Assembly (NCBI GenBank): GCA_010015585.1 | Contig: ML975149.1 | Length of the DNA stretch: 64,000 nucleotides | Strand: one strand, 5' to 3' | Origin: Eremomyces bilateralis CBS 781.70 | Lineage: Eukaryota | Shown here: positions 61,948 through 64,000 of the stretch, in pieces | Position numbering within the stretch: the first letter of the stretch is position 1 | Layout: every line of letters begins with the position of its first letter | Notes under the pieces: generated by a model | What the model was told of the DNA's origin: nothing | What the model saw: the letters and a program-made list of their open reading frames with translations, nothing else | Databases searched by the model: none | Position numbers and translations under genes: made by a program

Positions 61948-62405
61948 TTAAGCACCAGCGGCACCTTGAGCACCAGCGGCACCTTGAGCACCAGTGGCAC
62001 CTTGAGCACCAGTAATACGGTAGCACCTTAAGCACCAGCGGCATCTTAAGCACCAGTAGCATCTTCAGCACCAGCGGCACCTTGAGCACCAGCGACACCT
62101 TAAGCACCAGCGACATCTTAAGCACCGGCATCTTAAGTACCGGCACCTCAAGTACCGGCACCCTAAGCACCGGCACCCTGAGCACCAGCGAGGCCTTAAG
62201 CACCGGCACCTTGAGCACCAGCGGCACCTTAAACATCGGCACCTTAAACATCGGCACCTTAAGCACCAGCGGCACCTTAAGCACCAGCACCTTAAGCACC
62301 GGCACCTTGAGCACCAGCGGCACCTTAAGTATCGGCACCTTAAGTATCGGCACCTTGAGCACCAGCAGCACCTTAAGTACTGGCATCTTGAGCACCAGCG
62401 GCGCC
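61948..62405. repeat. Minisatellite of ~28 mixed 18-bp (AGCACCAGCGGCACCTTR) and 15-bp (AGCACCGGCACCTTR) units
   Basis: Directly visible; variants are overwhelmingly C-to-T or G-to-A transitions. Confidence 0.95.
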
Positions 62406-62618
62406 TGCGGCGCCACCGCCATTTTATGAATCCCTGGAGCATATCATGGATGCATCGATATTGAGGCTGACATTCTGATGGCGATGACACGAAGCACAAT
62501 CAAACATCCATGGAGATGATTCGGATTCGCCGACAGCTGCAGCGATATTGACCCGCCAGGAAGATCCAGATGTTTTAGTGACGCTGTGGCAGATGACTTG
62601 CATATCGAGTATGTACAA
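61948..62618 (-). pseudogene. Mutated gene remnant with a GAAGAQ/GAGAQ repeat domain
   Basis: ORF 62424-62618 runs in frame through a TAA into NGGGAAGAAGAQ...; many repeat Gln codons (CAA) appear as TAA. Confidence 0.55.
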
Positions 62619-64000
62619 TCGAGGTTGACAAATATCTTGGTTTCAAGGACTCCGAAATTCACCCCAATGCCGTCATCTCCAACCCACGTGTGATAGGGTA
62701 GGGCATGTGGATTTCAGAATGACCTGCCAACTCGAGGCAGCACGTGCAAACAGCGGCAGAAAAGTATTAGGGCGCTTTCGCTTGATGAATGGTGAGTTGA
62801 CACCATCCTTTCCAAAGAAAATTGTCCGTCGCTACAACACAGCGGATCCGGATGGATCCGTCAGACATGTGAGACGCTGCAACGAAATTCGCTGGATAGG
62901 GATGATTTCCGAACGCTTCGGAGGCATGATGAAACCACACGGCAGCCGACCGCTCGGATCTCCCGCAAGGTTCCAATATCCAAAGACCAGAACTCACGTG
63001 TTGGAGTGGAATGAAGTGGAGTTGCAGCATGATCTACCCCACAACCGCAACCCCTTGCCGACTCACTGGGCTGAGGTCCCACATCCCGAGCCCCGAGGCG
63101 AGGTTTCGGTACTCATGTACCTACTTGGTACCGCGACCTCTGCGTACCAGAAATATTAGGACGACAAGGAATTCAAATTGGTAATCCGGAATATCACATC
63201 CGGAATACCACCGAATATCTAGGAGGAACCATCCTCGGAAGTTGGGAGGAATACTGGAGGGAGTAATATTCTAGATTGTTCCTTGGAGTCTAACCTGTAT
63301 TGGTAAGTGTTCGCAGCGAAAGTCCCAAGCCAATATCACGAAACTCGGCAAAAGTTGGGAAATGGATAGTGACGATATTTCTGCCGTGTTATTCAATGCC
63401 TCGGAGATGAGTCGTTTCGGGTCTCGGGACCAAGTCACGATCTTTGCGGAAACCCCCATGGCCCAGATTGGCCGAGCGCGGACGCGGTGGTCTGCTAGAA
63501 ACTTTAGTCTCTACTCTCTAGTTAGTAGAGGTACACGTCGACAAACTTTGCGAAAGAGCTAGACTTGTGCGCTGGGACTTGTCAGGGGCCTCAGAGCGAG
63601 GATATTATAAATGAAAGTGCAATAACCTCCGAACATGGTTAGTACTCGCCACGTGCCAGCACGCAAAGGACACATCATTCTATTCAGCATCTCGACGAAA
63701 TGGGGAAGTCCAATATCATTCTATATCTTCGGCGTTTAATTTCCGTTCCAAGTGATACTGGATACGGGTATACGCAGCGGAAGTTGTTAGTTCAACTAGT
63801 CCCTGCAGTCTGCGGACAATCCGAGCGAATCCGCAAAGATGGTGCATTCGGGCAAGTACGGAATGGAGACACTCGTCCTTGGTAAAGCCTAGATCGAAAC
63901 CGTTGCGCTAGGGAAGCCAAGCGACTCGTCGAATGTCGCGACCGATGTCGTCGATGACGGGAGAAATAGGAGCCAGCGTGAAGGGGTTTCAAAAATCGAT

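Noticed and set aside
61948..62405. Possible CRISPR array or Cys/Arg-rich (RCRCL) protein
   Set aside because: Units are contiguous with no unique spacers, the context is eukaryotic, and the open frames are shadows of the mutated GAAGAQ frame.
62700..64000. Short ORFs at the right edge
   Set aside because: No recognisable motifs, and the window edge prevents assessment.

Overview
Gene-dense 64-kb segment of a filamentous ascomycete (Pezizomycotina) nuclear genome, judged by short GT-AG introns with CTRAC/CTAAY branch sites and a dispersed 5S gene. About 20 housekeeping or metabolic genes are recognisable: SmF, Rtp1, a chitin deacetylase with five CBM18 modules, peroxisomal enoyl-CoA hydratase, Gir2, Arp3, a taspase-like hydrolase, Tfb4, a Zn2Cys6 factor, prefoldin 5, CpcA/Gcn4, PRMT5, an Fmp42-like MFS protein, AldA, Yra1, Vps11, an SDR reductase and a short Atp25. 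RNA genes are an intron-containing tRNA-Ala(CGC) and a divergent 5S rRNA. Mobile or decayed DNA comprises a 5'-truncated Helitron-type PIF1 helicase, a 5'-truncated Tad1-like LINE with a target-site duplication, an NLR-like/TPR pseudogene and a Gly-Ala-Gln coding minisatellite disrupted by RIP-like C-to-T changes. The main regulatory signals are two. The cpcA leader has two uORFs, and uORF1 is in frame with a 167-codon stop-free, AUG-less N-terminal extension carrying near-cognate starts. The yra1 gene has a 952-nt intron with a dense UGGCA cluster. All calls come from reading the sequence and recalling family motifs; no searches were run, and exon boundaries are manual estimates.
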